From: a virus
Taxonomy: Duplodnaviria; Caudoviricetes
IMG/VR virus record: IMGVR_UViG_3300012942_000077
Coordinates: 1 to 41,361 of that record
DNA length: 41,361 nucleotides
Direction: 5' to 3' (one strand)
In this document: positions 19,666 to 29,442 of the stretch, in pieces
Layout of the letters: the number at the start of each line of letters is the position of its first letter
Position numbering within the stretch: the first letter of the stretch is position 1
Translations under genes and position numbers: made by a program
The notes under the pieces: generated by a model
Seen by the model: only the letters and a program-made list of their open reading frames with translations
The model's database searches: none
Told to the model about the DNA's origin: nothing

Positions 19666-21198
19666 TTAGATCCACCCCTTATCTGCGGCTCCACTAGTTG
19701 CTGAGCCATGACCAAACATTTTACCATTCACAAAGTCAGCCAGGTTAAATTCTTCTTTCTGTTGTTTCGGCGTCTGCTGAACTACACAATTGACAGTCAT
19801 AGTAGTCAGACTAGGAACCCATGCGAGAGTGCCATCACTCATAGTTACCTCCAAGTAATTCACGTTATTTGGAAGATTCATGGAGAAATCGGTGAGAATG
19901 ACAGTGAGTTCATTAAACATGAACTCACCATAACCACTTAGAACCAAAGGTGGTGGTGGAAGACCTGCCGTGCCTTGTTGCCTTTCATATTCACCAAAAT
20001 GCATCTTGGTGGCGCTGCGGAAGAAATGCATACACGCAAGCGTGTACCTTGCTTCATCGAGGTTCTGTGCGCTGAATTGGCCTTCTATCTGGATCTGTAC
20101 CGCTGGTGTGTTGGTGTAGGTGTAATAGTCAGTATTCGCGTGGGTCGGCGTCATTTGGCTATAATTAACTTTGTGCTGTAAGGTAATGGTAGGCGTGTAG
20201 GGGAAGAACGCTCCATTAGTCTCATTGAGCATGTAGAGAACGCTATCCTTATCACCGAAGAAAGGATAGGTTGTACCATTCCGCTCTTTGGGTCGAAGGC
20301 GAACTCTCACATCTATCTTGTGACCAGTTACTGTAATGTCAGGTGATGTGCCATCAGGCGGCGCGTCACTTGACGGCGTGGTGCCTAGGGCCGCATTAAG
20401 TTGATTATTCTCATCTGTTAGATCCAACGAAGTCACTGGATCTACTTCTGGATTGATATCAGTATTCAAGAGATCATTAGCAACCGCCTGGTCTGATTGG
20501 CCCAATGAATCCTCAAAATCATCCCTAGCAGATTCATAGCTGGTTTGAGCGTCTATTAGATCAGCCTTAGCTGAAGCATATTCTGGACTATCGTAGCCGA
20601 AGTTTTCAAGAGCGCCATCTAGCGATGCCTGGGCATTCACAACTGATTGGTTTGCCGCAACCAATAGATCACCAGTTACTTGAGTATCTCTGGTTAAGGG
20701 CACCGGAGTATTGGTATTTACGAGTGAGGCGTTGCTGGAATCCAAGTTATCCTGAGCATACTGACTCGCTGGAACAGAAACAGTAGTAATTGTTGATTGA
20801 CCAGAACCACTACTTACAGGTTGAATTGGGTTCTGTGTTGTGGCATTAATCGGTGAGGATTCATCAACAGCATATTGTGATTGTAAGTTCTCGAAGTCAT
20901 TATACGAGGGATCCACGTATTGCTGTTGATAATTAGTAGCATCTATCGTGTGTTGGTCTCGGCTACTTTTGGCCTGAAAGATCAAATTAGTCGTTTGGTT
21001 CAGTTCTGCGTATAATTGATCAGTGTTTGTGCCAGACGGCGTGTTATTGATCTGATCTTGAATGTCTTGATATTGCTGTTGTAGATCAAGAATATCCTGG
21101 TTATCGGAATCAACCAGACTCTGCATATTGGCAAGAGTTTGCTTATGATATTCCCAAGTAGATTCAGCGTTATTAACTTGTTCCTTGGTGACTGCCAT
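19666..21198 (-). CDS. Baseplate/tail-tube initiator-like protein (gp48/gp54-type C-terminal domain) with long Q/N/D-rich N-terminal extension
   Basis: The C-terminal ~210 aa ('FFPYTPTI..THANTDYYTY..HFFRSATKMHFG..GLPPPPLVLSGYGEFMF') is tube-initiator-like and precedes the gp53-like gene. The N-terminal part looks helical and low-complexity. Confidence 0.55.
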   Translation of the reverse strand: MAVTKEQVNNAESTWEYHKQTLANMQSLVDSDNQDILDLQQQYQDIQDQINNTPSGTNTDQLYAELNQTTNLIFQAKSSRDQHTIDATNYQQQYVDPSYNDFENLQSQYAVDESSPINATTQNPIQPVSSGSGQSTITTVSVPASQYAQDNLDSSNASLVNTNTPVPLTRDTQVTGDLLVAANQSVVNAQASLDGALENFGYDSPEYASAKADLIDAQTSYESARDDFEDSLGQSDQAVANDLLNTDINPEVDPVTSLDLTDENNQLNAALGTTPSSDAPPDGTSPDITVTGHKIDVRVRLRPKERNGTTYPFFGDKDSVLYMLNETNGAFFPYTPTITLQHKVNYSQMTPTHANTDYYTYTNTPAVQIQIEGQFSAQNLDEARYTLACMHFFRSATKMHFGEYERQQGTAGLPPPPLVLSGYGEFMFNELTVILTDFSMNLPNNVNYLEVTMSDGTLAWVPSLTTMTVNCVVQQTPKQQKEEFNLADFVNGKMFGHGSATSGAADKGWI

Positions 21199-21730
21199 CA
21201 GTAGCCTCGCGAATCATTCTAGCAATATCCGCAAGATCAGTATGTGAGAGTTCTGGCATGTGGTGAGCAAACTCAACCATATTACCATCTAGAGCCGCTT
21301 GGCGCGCCGCAGTAGCCGAAATACCATCTGCTTCACCGGCCTCACGATCCACCTCAAACACCTCGCAATCTAGTTTTTCGCTAGCCACGAGCTTGCGGTA
21401 GTTGGAAGCACGATCCGAACCAGCAATCCAAGCCTTTGGTTTCAACCCTTGTAGATCCAAAACCTCTAAAGCTTCATAGGCCGATGATACAACATCAACC
21501 ATAATACCAGGATAGAGCTTCCTGGTGAGTGCTAGACGCTGCTCAGCAGTCAAAGGGTTCTTTGTTTTATCCTTGCTGCTCTTCTCACCATCCACAATGT
21601 ATAGGATGGGGCGAGCACCAAGACGCAAAGCAATCTCCCTGAGCCTACTGATCAGAATACCATGACCTCTAGTTGGAGGATTTAGCCGACCAACCATAAG
21701 AGCTACCTGATTATTCTGGCCTCCAGCCAT
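21173..21730 (-). CDS. Cytidyltransferase-like nucleotidyltransferase (HIGH superfamily)
   Basis: 'GRLNPPTRGH', 'KNPL', 'AGSDR' and 'ISATAAR' motifs, typical of the T4-like phage cytidyltransferase family. The start is placed at MAGGQNN, with GGAG 8 nt upstream. Confidence 0.75.
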   Translation of the reverse strand: MAGGQNNQVALMVGRLNPPTRGHGILISRLREIALRLGARPILYIVDGEKSSKDKTKNPLTAEQRLALTRKLYPGIMVDVVSSAYEALEVLDLQGLKPKAWIAGSDRASNYRKLVASEKLDCEVFEVDREAGEADGISATAARQAALDGNMVEFAHHMPELSHTDLADIARMIREATDGSHQGTS

Positions 21731-21746
21731 ATTTACCGCTCCATTA
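21728..21746 (-). repeat. 19-bp motif TAATGGAGCGGTAAATATG, copy 1 (contains a TAAATA late box)
   Basis: Identical to 33195-33213. Both copies head a minus-strand structural operon. Confidence 0.75.
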
Positions 21747-21790
21747 ACCACTACTATTTGGATCTATAGATTCAAGAAGTCACACCAATA

Positions 21791-21819
21791 GTGACATTCA
21801 GGTGACGATCCGTTAAAAC
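21791..21819 (+). promoter_or_regulatory. Putative sigma70-type promoter for gp55 (GTGACA-N17-TAAAAC)
   Basis: AATAGTGACAT is shared with the gp47 upstream region (~22782-22792), and TGACATTCAGGT is shared with 13624-13635. Confidence 0.4.
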
Positions 21820-21906
21820 AACTAAGTGCTAACCAATAGCGTACTACCTATGTGGGGCACAATATAGAAACCGCTAAGAACAGAACAAAAAGGAGCGGCC
21901 CCCGGA

Positions 21907-22782
21907 ATGGCTCTACCACCAAAAGTGAACTACCTCACCAATAAGGAACTCCTAAGTGAGATCCACAAGTCCAAGAATTCCTACAGCTATTTCATCGACA
22001 AGGCTTATGAGAATTACGACGCGATTGCGGAATCCGTTGAAGCTATCGACGATGATCTTATTGCGCAAACCAGAGCTATCAAAGCCAAGAAGATGATTCA
22101 GGCCCAAAAGCAGGCACTCAAGGATCAGGGCTATAAGAATCATCAGATCAAAATCGATGACATCGATCCAGATAGTATTCCCCTAGAAAGCCTCGTCTTC
22201 CGAGTAATGACTCATGATCATATTCCATTGGAAGAAGGTCGGGTCAAGAATCCAAAGAGTGTTGCCGATCATCACGTTCGCCTGAACTTTCCCCCATTCA
22301 AGCATTTTGCTATTCTGGATGATCAGATCACAGAGGTAGGTCGTTCACATTGGAAGGATGCTTTGGATAATGGCGTCTTTTCACAGGATCATGGTAAGAT
22401 TACCAATCGCCTCGCCCTCATGTTTATGAAACTAGTTGAGCGATATGGTCAGCGTGGCAATTGGAGAGGTTACACCTACCTGGAGGAGATGAAATCGCAG
22501 GCATTGCTCCAGTTGAGTCTCATGGGTCTACAGTTCAATGAATCTCGTTCTGACAACCCATTCGCCTATTACACCGTGACTGTCAGTAACGCTTTCACTC
22601 GCGTGTTGAATCTTGAGAAGCGTAACCAGAATATTCGAGATGACCTCCTAGTCATGAATGGTGTCACACCTAGTATGACCCGGCAGATTGATAATTCGCT
22701 AGCACAGCGGGCTATTGCGAATGGTGAAGTGCCTGAGCAGAAGAAGGTAGTGCGAAGAGGGGCTCCTAAGAAGTCAGCCTGA
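21907..22782 (+). CDS. gp55: Late-transcription sigma factor, T4 gp55-like (291 aa)
   Basis: 'NYLTNKELLSEI', 'NWRGYTYLEEM' and 'SDNPFAYYT..NAF.R.L..EK' motifs. The gp55-gp47-gp46 gene order matches T4-like phages. AAGGAG SD. Confidence 0.85.
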   Translation: MALPPKVNYLTNKELLSEIHKSKNSYSYFIDKAYENYDAIAESVEAIDDDLIAQTRAIKAKKMIQAQKQALKDQGYKNHQIKIDDIDPDSIPLESLVFRVMTHDHIPLEEGRVKNPKSVADHHVRLNFPPFKHFAILDDQITEVGRSHWKDALDNGVFSQDHGKITNRLALMFMKLVERYGQRGNWRGYTYLEEMKSQALLQLSLMGLQFNESRSDNPFAYYTVTVSNAFTRVLNLEKRNQNIRDDLLVMNGVTPSMTRQIDNSLAQRAIANGEVPEQKKVVRRGAPKKSA

Positions 22783-22836
22783 ATAGTGACATCTGGGTAA
22801 CCAGGTATCTACGATCAGAGCAAACTAGGAGACCAT

Positions 22837-23865
22837 ATGAGCAATCAGCTCTTTCAGAAGGCGGCAGTTTTTACCGATATTCATTTCGGTAAGAAGAACA
22901 ACGACCGCCAGCATAATCAAGATTGTGAGTCATTCGTAAAGTGGTTTATTGATCAGGCCAAATCATTTGGTGCTGATACGATCATCTTCACCGGAGATTG
23001 GCATGATAATCGTCATGCCATCCATGTATCAACTCTCAACTATTCGCTCAGCAATATGGAGCGACTAGCCAACGAGTTTGATAACTTCTACTTCATTCCT
23101 GGTAATCACGATCTCTACTATAAGGAGAAACGTGAGATATCCAGTATCGCCATTGGTAGAAACCTCAAAAACATCACCATCATCAACGACTTTCTGACAG
23201 TTGGTGGAGTGACATTCTGCCCATGGCTTGTGGGAAATGATTACAAGCAGATCCAGAAACTGGCGAAGAAGTCAGACTACATGTTTGGCCATTTTGAACT
23301 ACCGCACTTCATGATGAATGCGATGGTTGAAATGCCAGATCATGGTGGTCTGAACGCTAGCCATTTTGATGATGTGACCTATTGGGCATTCAGCGGCCAT
23401 TTTCATAAACGTCAGGCCAAGAACAAAATCTGCTACCTGGGCAACCCTTTCCCCCATAACTTTGCTGATGCGTGGGATGATGATCGTGGTATGATGCTGT
23501 TGGAATGGGGGAAGGAACCCGAATTCAAAGCATGGCCTGGTGCTCCAAAGTATCGCACCTTCAAAATGACAGATTTGTTGGAGAATCCAACTACTCTGAT
23601 TGATGAGCTCACCTATGCCCGCATTACCACGGACGTGGCGATCAACTATGATGAAGCCCAATTCATCAAAGAGACATTCAACGCACATTTCAGCCCACGT
23701 AAGATTGATGTCTTGCCAGGTACCAAATCGGATGATGAGCAGTCATTTGGTGAGGATGTGATCTTCCGATCAGTTGACCAGATAGTCATTGAAGGGCTTA
23801 ACGCCATCGACAGTCTAACGGTTGATAAGAACCTATTGATTGAGATCTACCGAGGGCTTGCTTGA
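22837..23865 (+). CDS. gp47: Recombination endonuclease subunit, Mre11/SbcD-like
   Basis: Metallophosphoesterase motifs 'DIHFG', 'GDWHD', 'GNHD', 'GHFE' and 'SGHFH'. Lies upstream of gp46. Confidence 0.92.
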   Translation: MSNQLFQKAAVFTDIHFGKKNNDRQHNQDCESFVKWFIDQAKSFGADTIIFTGDWHDNRHAIHVSTLNYSLSNMERLANEFDNFYFIPGNHDLYYKEKREISSIAIGRNLKNITIINDFLTVGGVTFCPWLVGNDYKQIQKLAKKSDYMFGHFELPHFMMNAMVEMPDHGGLNASHFDDVTYWAFSGHFHKRQAKNKICYLGNPFPHNFADAWDDDRGMMLLEWGKEPEFKAWPGAPKYRTFKMTDLLENPTTLIDELTYARITTDVAINYDEAQFIKETFNAHFSPRKIDVLPGTKSDDEQSFGEDVIFRSVDQIVIEGLNAIDSLTVDKNLLIEIYRGLA

Positions 23866-24233
23866 TGGTATTCGAACCTTGGCAGCTTGATATGTTAATG
23901 ATGAGCCAGGATGTCACGCAGGTTTGTCATGCCTACTGGTTTGTGAAGAACAACCAGAAGATGACTAGTGCGGATTTTATGAAAACGGTTAAGGGCATTC
24001 GTGACATTCTGGGCGATCAGAATGTAGAATATGCCATATTGATGATGGCTCATGGTTTCTACGTCTTTACTGACAAAACTCTAGCCATAGATCCAGTTAT
24101 GACCAAATTGGCTACCGGCATCAACTTCGAAGGTGAGATAATTGATGCTAGGAGTAAGGGTGTAATTGATCAGGTCAACAACACCTTAGCAAGGCCACTA
24201 AAGTTTCTCACTTCAGCGGGAAAAGCAAAATGA
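23862..24233 (+). CDS. Hypothetical protein (~123 aa)
   Basis: Start and stop overlap the gp47 stop and the gp46 start (translational coupling). Confidence 0.65.
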   Translation: MMVFEPWQLDMLMMSQDVTQVCHAYWFVKNNQKMTSADFMKTVKGIRDILGDQNVEYAILMMAHGFYVFTDKTLAIDPVMTKLATGINFEGEIIDARSKGVIDQVNNTLARPLKFLTSAGKAK

Positions 24234-26014
24234 TAAAGATCCGCACGATAACGATGAAGAACTTCCTCAGTGTTGGTAATACGACTCAGGCAGTTCAATT
24301 GGATGAACATGGCCTCACTTTGATTCTTGGTGAGAATGTGGATCAGGGTAGTGGTGGCTCACGCAACGGCGTGGGTAAGACGACACTGGCCCAGGCCATT
24401 TGTTATGCGCTATATGGTGAAGCGTTGACGCAGATCCGCAAGGATAACCTGATCAACAAGATCAACCAGAAGCAGATGTCAGTATCTTTGGATTTTGACA
24501 TTGGTAACAAGAGCTATCGCATCGAACGAGGTCGCAAACCGAACTTTCTTCGCTTCTATGTCAATGATGGTTTGGTGACACAGGATGGTGATAATGAAGC
24601 TCATGGAGAGAGCAAGATCACCCAGGAAGAAATCGAGAAGACTATCGGTTGCTCGCATACACTCTTCAAACACATTGTCGCCCTTCACAGTAAGACTACA
24701 CCCTTCCTGGAGATGAATGCCAAGGACCAGAGGGTGGTTATTGAAGAGCTCCTAGGTATTACCCAGCTATCGAGCAAAGCAGAGCAGCTCAAAGTCTTGG
24801 TCAAAGAGATTAAGGATGAGATCAAAGGTGAAGAGCTTAGGATCAAGATCCTAATTGATAACAATGATCGTATCCAGAAGACGATCAATGATCTCAAGTT
24901 CAAAGGAACCATCTGGGATAAGGAGCACGCCAAGAAATTGGAGAAACTCCAGATGGCTATTGATCAACTCAAAGAAATTGACATTGAGACGGAGATCAAT
25001 AACCAACGTCTCCTAACGGAATTCAACCGTATTTCACAAGAAGTGATGAGGTTTGAACGCGATGCTTCTCGCGTGGAGAAGACCTATAATTCAGCTGAGT
25101 CTTCCATCCAGCGTCTTGATTCACAACTGGAGACGGCTAATGAGAAGAAATGTCATACATGTGGCCAAGACGTTCATGATGATAAGCACCAGGAGATTCT
25201 TGCTGATCTAGTAGCCCAGCGTAAGCACTTTGAAGAAGAGCGTAGCCAGGTTCAGGAAGAACTCTTTGCTGTAGCAGGCGATCTCGAGAAAGCTATTGGA
25301 GAACTCAATGAGTTAGGTGAAAGGCCACAGGTCTCCTATCCAAATATTGAGCAGGCGATGAACCATCGCCATACACTTGATAAATTGGAAGCTGATCAAC
25401 AGCGTGAATCAGCTCAAGATAATCCATTTGTTGACCAGATAGCCAACCTGAGCACTTCAGGCCTTCAAGACATCTCCTATGATTACCTGAACGAATTGGT
25501 GAGGTTGAAGGAACACCAGGACTTCCTACTCAAATTGCTGACCGATAAGACATCATTCATTAGGAAGAAGATCATCGATCAAAACCTCAGCTACCTGAAT
25601 GTGCGACTCAATTCATACCTGGATAAGATCCAGCTTCCACATGAGGTAGTCTTCCAAAGTGATCTATCCGTTGAGATTACTCGACTAGGACGCGAGTATG
25701 ACTTCGCACAGTTGAGTAATGGTGAGCAGAACCGAGTAGTGTTGGCTCTCGCATGGGCATTCCGTGATGTCTGGGAGACAATGAATAAGCCAATGAATTT
25801 GATCCTGATTGACGAACTGGTAGATGCTGGCATGGATAGTAAGGGTATGGACCTGGCCCTAGAGATCCTCAAGAAGAATGCCAGGGATCGTGGTAAGAAT
25901 ATCTTCCTCATCAGCCACAAAGATGAATTGACGTCAAGGGTACCAAGGGTGCTATTGGTTCAATACGAGAACAATTTCACCACCTATATCACGGATACTG
26001 AGCAGAATGACTGA
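24230..26014 (+). CDS. gp46: Recombination ATPase subunit, Rad50/SbcC-like
   Basis: Walker A 'NGVGKTT', coiled coil with zinc hook 'CHTC', signature 'LSNGE', Walker B 'ILIDE' and H-loop 'ISH'. Confidence 0.93.
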   Translation: MIKIRTITMKNFLSVGNTTQAVQLDEHGLTLILGENVDQGSGGSRNGVGKTTLAQAICYALYGEALTQIRKDNLINKINQKQMSVSLDFDIGNKSYRIERGRKPNFLRFYVNDGLVTQDGDNEAHGESKITQEEIEKTIGCSHTLFKHIVALHSKTTPFLEMNAKDQRVVIEELLGITQLSSKAEQLKVLVKEIKDEIKGEELRIKILIDNNDRIQKTINDLKFKGTIWDKEHAKKLEKLQMAIDQLKEIDIETEINNQRLLTEFNRISQEVMRFERDASRVEKTYNSAESSIQRLDSQLETANEKKCHTCGQDVHDDKHQEILADLVAQRKHFEEERSQVQEELFAVAGDLEKAIGELNELGERPQVSYPNIEQAMNHRHTLDKLEADQQRESAQDNPFVDQIANLSTSGLQDISYDYLNELVRLKEHQDFLLKLLTDKTSFIRKKIIDQNLSYLNVRLNSYLDKIQLPHEVVFQSDLSVEITRLGREYDFAQLSNGEQNRVVLALAWAFRDVWETMNKPMNLILIDELVDAGMDSKGMDLALEILKKNARDRGKNIFLISHKDELTSRVPRVLLVQYENNFTTYITDTEQND

Positions 26015-26891
26015 GATCCTTTACAGCAATGAGGATGCCAGTGTGAACTTTGTAACGCCTCACCCTTTGGGTGGGGCGTTTGAGTCTCGGTATGTCAGGC
26101 GTGAGCAAGACTATTTCATCACCTATCTGAGCAGCCATAGTGGTTGTAATAAGGCTTGCCGTTTCTGTCATCTTACACAGACCAGACAGACAATGATGGA
26201 GCCGGCTAGCCCTGCTGACTATGAGCAGCAAGCCTTGGATGTTTTCCGCCATTACCGTCAATTCGATGATGCCCTAAGGGTGAATTACAACTTCATGGCA
26301 CGTGGAGAACCCTTGGCTAACCCTAGCGTGCTAAACGCATGGCATGACGTTCAGAGACCCTTACAGAGCTTAGCAGAGCAACATGCCTTGGTAGCAAAAT
26401 ACAACATCAGTACCATCATGCCAGAAGAAGTATCAGATCGAACGCTCTATGAGGTGTTTGGAGACACTGGAGCACAACTCTATTATTCACTCTATAGCCT
26501 CAGATCTGAATTTAGAAAAAGGTGGCTACCCAGGGCCATGGATCCCCATAAGGCTCTTTGGAAGCTAACTGAATGGCAACAGAAGACTGGAGAATTGGTA
26601 ACTCTCCACTGGGCTTTCATCGAAGGTGAAAATGACGACCTCGAAACACTCGAGGAGATCATCATGGCAATCTTATTCCGCGGTCTTAAGGTGAAGTTCA
26701 ACCTTGTGCGGTATAACCCCTACAGCCCAGCCCAGGGTCAAGAACCCAGCGAAGAGATCATCCAGAGAAACTTCGACTATTTGGCTGAGGCTTTCGGCAA
26801 CTCGAAGTCTAGGATTGTGCCCCGCGTTGGCTTTGATGTCAAGGCGAGTTGTGGAATGTTTGTGGATGACCCTGCCCAAAACTCTATCTAG
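26007..26891 (+). CDS. Radical SAM enzyme, RlmN/Cfr-like (294 aa)
   Basis: CxxxCxxC '[10 protein letters not shown]', 'MARGEP' (compare MGMGEP), 'FNLVRYNP' and C-terminal 'DVKASCG' (compare DIDAACGQL). Confidence 0.8.
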   Translation: MTEILYSNEDASVNFVTPHPLGGAFESRYVRREQDYFITYLSSHSGCNKACRFCHLTQTRQTMMEPASPADYEQQALDVFRHYRQFDDALRVNYNFMARGEPLANPSVLNAWHDVQRPLQSLAEQHALVAKYNISTIMPEEVSDRTLYEVFGDTGAQLYYSLYSLRSEFRKRWLPRAMDPHKALWKLTEWQQKTGELVTLHWAFIEGENDDLETLEEIIMAILFRGLKVKFNLVRYNPYSPAQGQEPSEEIIQRNFDYLAEAFGNSKSRIVPRVGFDVKASCGMFVDDPAQNSI

Positions 26892-27099
26892 TGATGTTTG
26901 GACCTGGCGACGACAAGGTATAGGTTTCTTCTCAGGCTTCTCCTTTGATCTCACTCCTGAATGTAGAGAATGGCTCAACACTCATGTGGGTAATGCTCCT
27001 GAGCGTTGGTGGTGGGATCATTTCACTGATGAAGGTGAGACATCCATCATGTTTGTTGACCCCACAGACGCAATGCTCTTTAAGCTGACCTGGCTATGA
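26866..27099 (+). CDS. Small protein, 'DAMLFKLTW' family copy 1 (~77 aa)
   Basis: Ends [15 protein letters not shown], with an ATGA overlap to the next gene. The start is estimated at ATG 26866. Confidence 0.65.
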   Translation: MTLPKTLSSDVWTWRRQGIGFFSGFSFDLTPECREWLNTHVGNAPERWWWDHFTDEGETSIMFVDPTDAMLFKLTWL

Positions 27100-27362
27100 G
27101 CGGTTGGGCTGTAGAACTTTTCCTACCCTATCACGATGAGCGCCTGTTTGGGCAGAATTTCTGCGATCCGAATGGCAAAGAGATCAGACAGTGGCTTATA
27201 GATCGGTTAGGGCCTATTGACTATAAGCGTAGTGCTGGAACCTGGCGTTGGACCATCAAGTATGAGCGTTCGATAATGGAAGGTGATGGCCTTACGTTTG
27301 GTGCCTTTGCTTGTTTCAGAGATCCTAAGGACGCAATGTTGTTCAAGTTAACTTGGTTATGA
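27096..27362 (+). CDS. Small protein, 'DAMLFKLTW' family copy 2 (88 aa)
   Basis: Ends [15 protein letters not shown], with ATGA coupling on both sides. Confidence 0.75.
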   Translation: MSGWAVELFLPYHDERLFGQNFCDPNGKEIRQWLIDRLGPIDYKRSAGTWRWTIKYERSIMEGDGLTFGAFACFRDPKDAMLFKLTWL

Positions 27363-27610
27363 TCTGGGTAGCTATAGATTCCTATGATGCCGGTTACGCT
27401 ATCAAAGGTCTGATGATTGATGAGCAACATGCCAGTGGTCAGCGACCAGGGTATGGCGGTGGCTGGGTGATCAGGGATGATGTACATGAATGGCTCACAT
27501 CACGAACTGACAGTTATCAGCTCGTTTGGAGCGAGATCAAGCATGGTTTTTGGCATGTAGGCCTTGAGGATTCCAATATGGCCATGTTGTTCAAATTGAC
27601 GTGGGTCTGA
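27359..27610 (+). CDS. Small protein, 'AMLFKLTW' family copy 3 (83 aa)
   Basis: Ends [18 protein letters not shown] 27359 overlaps the previous TGA. Confidence 0.75.
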   Translation: MIWVAIDSYDAGYAIKGLMIDEQHASGQRPGYGGGWVIRDDVHEWLTSRTDSYQLVWSEIKHGFWHVGLEDSNMAMLFKLTWV

Positions 27611-27858
27611 TGTTTGATCTGATCATTCCTCGACCGAAACATCGCAAGATGCTCAGCTGGGCACATAGGACCGCGCGTTTTCGGACCAAGTTCCAGCTAT
27701 GGTGTGAAGCATTTATTGGTATCCATGGTGTGGATTGGCACATTGTGATGATACGGAATGGTCCTAACCCACCCGATTACGCTTTGCGTTGTCGCACCAA
27801 ACAACATGCCATCCTCTTCCACCTTCATCACAAACTCTATTTGGTTGACTCAGACTGA
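27610..27858 (+). CDS. Small protein, divergent member of the same family (82 aa)
   Basis: TGATG coupling. 'WCEAFIG..DW..CRTKQHAILFHL' echoes the W..G..W..AMLFKL pattern. Confidence 0.6.
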   Translation: MFDLIIPRPKHRKMLSWAHRTARFRTKFQLWCEAFIGIHGVDWHIVMIRNGPNPPDYALRCRTKQHAILFHLHHKLYLVDSD

Positions 27859-27888
27859 TCCTGTGCTAGATTCATAGAAGGTTAAATA
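27845..27888 (+). promoter_or_regulatory. Tandem sigma70-like (TTGACT-N16-TAGATT) and late (TAAATA) promoters
   Basis: TTGACT 27845-27850, TAGATT 27867-27872 and TAAATA 27883-27888 lie upstream of ORF 27900. Confidence 0.45.
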
Positions 27889-27899
27889 CGGAGTGCGCG

Positions 27900-28265
27900 A
27901 TGAGCGGCAATAGGCTTGAGATTCAAAAGGTCAATCGGTATGAAGCCGATTGGGATGCCAAGACGATCTTTTCAGGCTTTAACATCCGGGCGGTTCTCGC
28001 AGGCACACAGGACGTGATTACTCGAATCTCGGAACGTTCGCGCCTAGCAAAAAGGCTGCGTCGAGAGATTGGCGAAGAGGACGTGGACTGGATCCTACAG
28101 GATCATCCAAGGTCGGGCGAGGTCGAGCTCTACTTGAAGAGCTCTGGACCCCTGATCATGTGGAAGCTTCAGGATCACGAGGCCTTTAACAAGCTGTTCG
28201 ACCGGGTGGAACAGCACACGGATACCCCACTTGATGAAGTTCGAGACCCGGAAGACCAAGAATAA
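27900..28265 (+). CDS. Hypothetical protein (121 aa)
   Basis: GGAG SD and promoter boxes upstream; protein-like sequence. Confidence 0.7.
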   Translation: MSGNRLEIQKVNRYEADWDAKTIFSGFNIRAVLAGTQDVITRISERSRLAKRLRREIGEEDVDWILQDHPRSGEVELYLKSSGPLIMWKLQDHEAFNKLFDRVEQHTDTPLDEVRDPEDQE

Positions 28266-28455
28266 TCCAGGATACCAGATTGAGTTTAAATCAGCACAGC
28301 AAGCATGGAATGCTGGAGACTGGCTCAGTCAGCTAAACCTTACTAATTGGTCAGGTAGAGGTGGGATGATCTCCACCTCTGATTTAGAAGTAGCCTATAA
28401 GCTACGAGTTCATTTTGACCACCAGATCAAATTGATCAGGCGTCTAGAAGTTTGA
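28234..28455 (+). CDS. Hypothetical protein (~73 aa)
   Basis: Fills the space between 28265 and the convergent gene; overlaps both neighbours slightly. Confidence 0.5.
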   Translation: MKFETRKTKNNPGYQIEFKSAQQAWNAGDWLSQLNLTNWSGRGGMISTSDLEVAYKLRVHFDHQIKLIRRLEV

Positions 28456-28750
28456 TCTTGTAGATCTTGTGGATCTTATCCGAGTGAACCAATTTGATTA
28501 GTGCTAGATCCATCGGATTCGAAAGATACAGATGGGTATAGACACGTTTGCTCCTCCAATTGAGTTCATAATCCAAACGGTAATGCCCCACACAGGTATT
28601 ACGGAGGAGATCACGCATCTTCTCAATTTCACCTGCGTTGCTTTCACATTGAACGATATTATGGATATTCCGACCGAGTAAGACCTGATAAGTGAACCTA
28701 CCATAAGGTAGCTTCTTCAACTTCAATGTCTTGAGAGACAGGCGACTCAT
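28436..28750 (-). CDS. Hypothetical protein (104 aa)
   Basis: GGAG SD upstream. 'LYLSNPMDLALIKLVH' resembles the family C-terminal motif. Confidence 0.65.
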   Translation of the reverse strand: MSRLSLKTLKLKKLPYGRFTYQVLLGRNIHNIVQCESNAGEIEKMRDLLRNTCVGHYRLDYELNWRSKRVYTHLYLSNPMDLALIKLVHSDKIHKIYKIKLLDA

Positions 28751-28803
28751 AGGATCTCCAGGAGTTTAGGAAGTCTCTATCTACATCCTAGCTTAGGATG
28801 AAA

Positions 28804-29343
28804 TCAATCTTCAGAACCACCAAGTTTACGCACCGCACCCTTGTTCTGCTTGAAGAAGTCTTCATGACTCACAATGATATAATCGCAAGCTTCAGGAGTT
28901 CCAAAGGCCTTCCGATAGGTCACATAACTCAAGCCAGTCAGATCCAACTGAGGCAGAAATTCAGCTTTGAATGCTACCCAGGAGCCTTTGCGTGTGATCT
29001 TGAAGATCGTTAGTGAGAAATCATTAGCATCAGCTGGTTCCTCAGTCTGATCAATCCAGTTATCAAGCTGTTTACACTGGCCGTCAATGATCTGGTGGAA
29101 CGCGATATCACCATAATTCTTAGCCTCAAGGTTCAGATATGGTAGATCATCTGGTGGAATGATGTCACCCTTAGCTGCTCGCTGTTGGGTGTCACTGAGG
29201 AACTCCTTACGGAAGACGTTCTTGCCACCCATATAGGCTCCACTGTTTGGAACGCGCTGAAAGTTGCCACCCAGGGTCTCACCAAGAAAAACGCAGATCT
29301 CGCGTTCCCATGAATTGCCCTTCGCCTTAGCCTTCGATGTCAC
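28804..29343 (-). CDS. Holliday junction resolvase-like PD-(D/E)xK nuclease (179 aa)
   Basis: 'KAKGNSWERE..RVPNSGA..GDI..NLEAKNY..W..Q' matches the Hjc-like phage resolvase pattern. GTG start with AGGAG SD, and TAAATA at 29371-29376 on the - strand. Confidence 0.75.
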   Translation of the reverse strand: MTSKAKAKGNSWEREICVFLGETLGGNFQRVPNSGAYMGGKNVFRKEFLSDTQQRAAKGDIIPPDDLPYLNLEAKNYGDIAFHQIIDGQCKQLDNWIDQTEEPADANDFSLTIFKITRKGSWVAFKAEFLPQLDLTGLSYVTYRKAFGTPEACDYIIVSHEDFFKQNKGAVRKLGGSED

Positions 29344-29442
29344 ATTAAACTCCTGGTTAACCCTTCGCCCTATTTACCAAGTTTTGAAATTGACTCCTAG
29401 AGGGCAATGAACGCATCGTAGCTCTGGATAAAGGAGTTCAAT

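Noticed and set aside
26007-26891. cfr antibiotic-resistance gene
   Set aside because: Only family-level motifs are shared. The protein lacks the resolving Cys and the N-terminal region of true Cfr/RlmN.
28784-28800. Hairpin CATCCTA-gct-TAGGATG after the resolvase-like gene
   Set aside because: It is a 7-bp stem with no good U-tract, too weak to call as a terminator.
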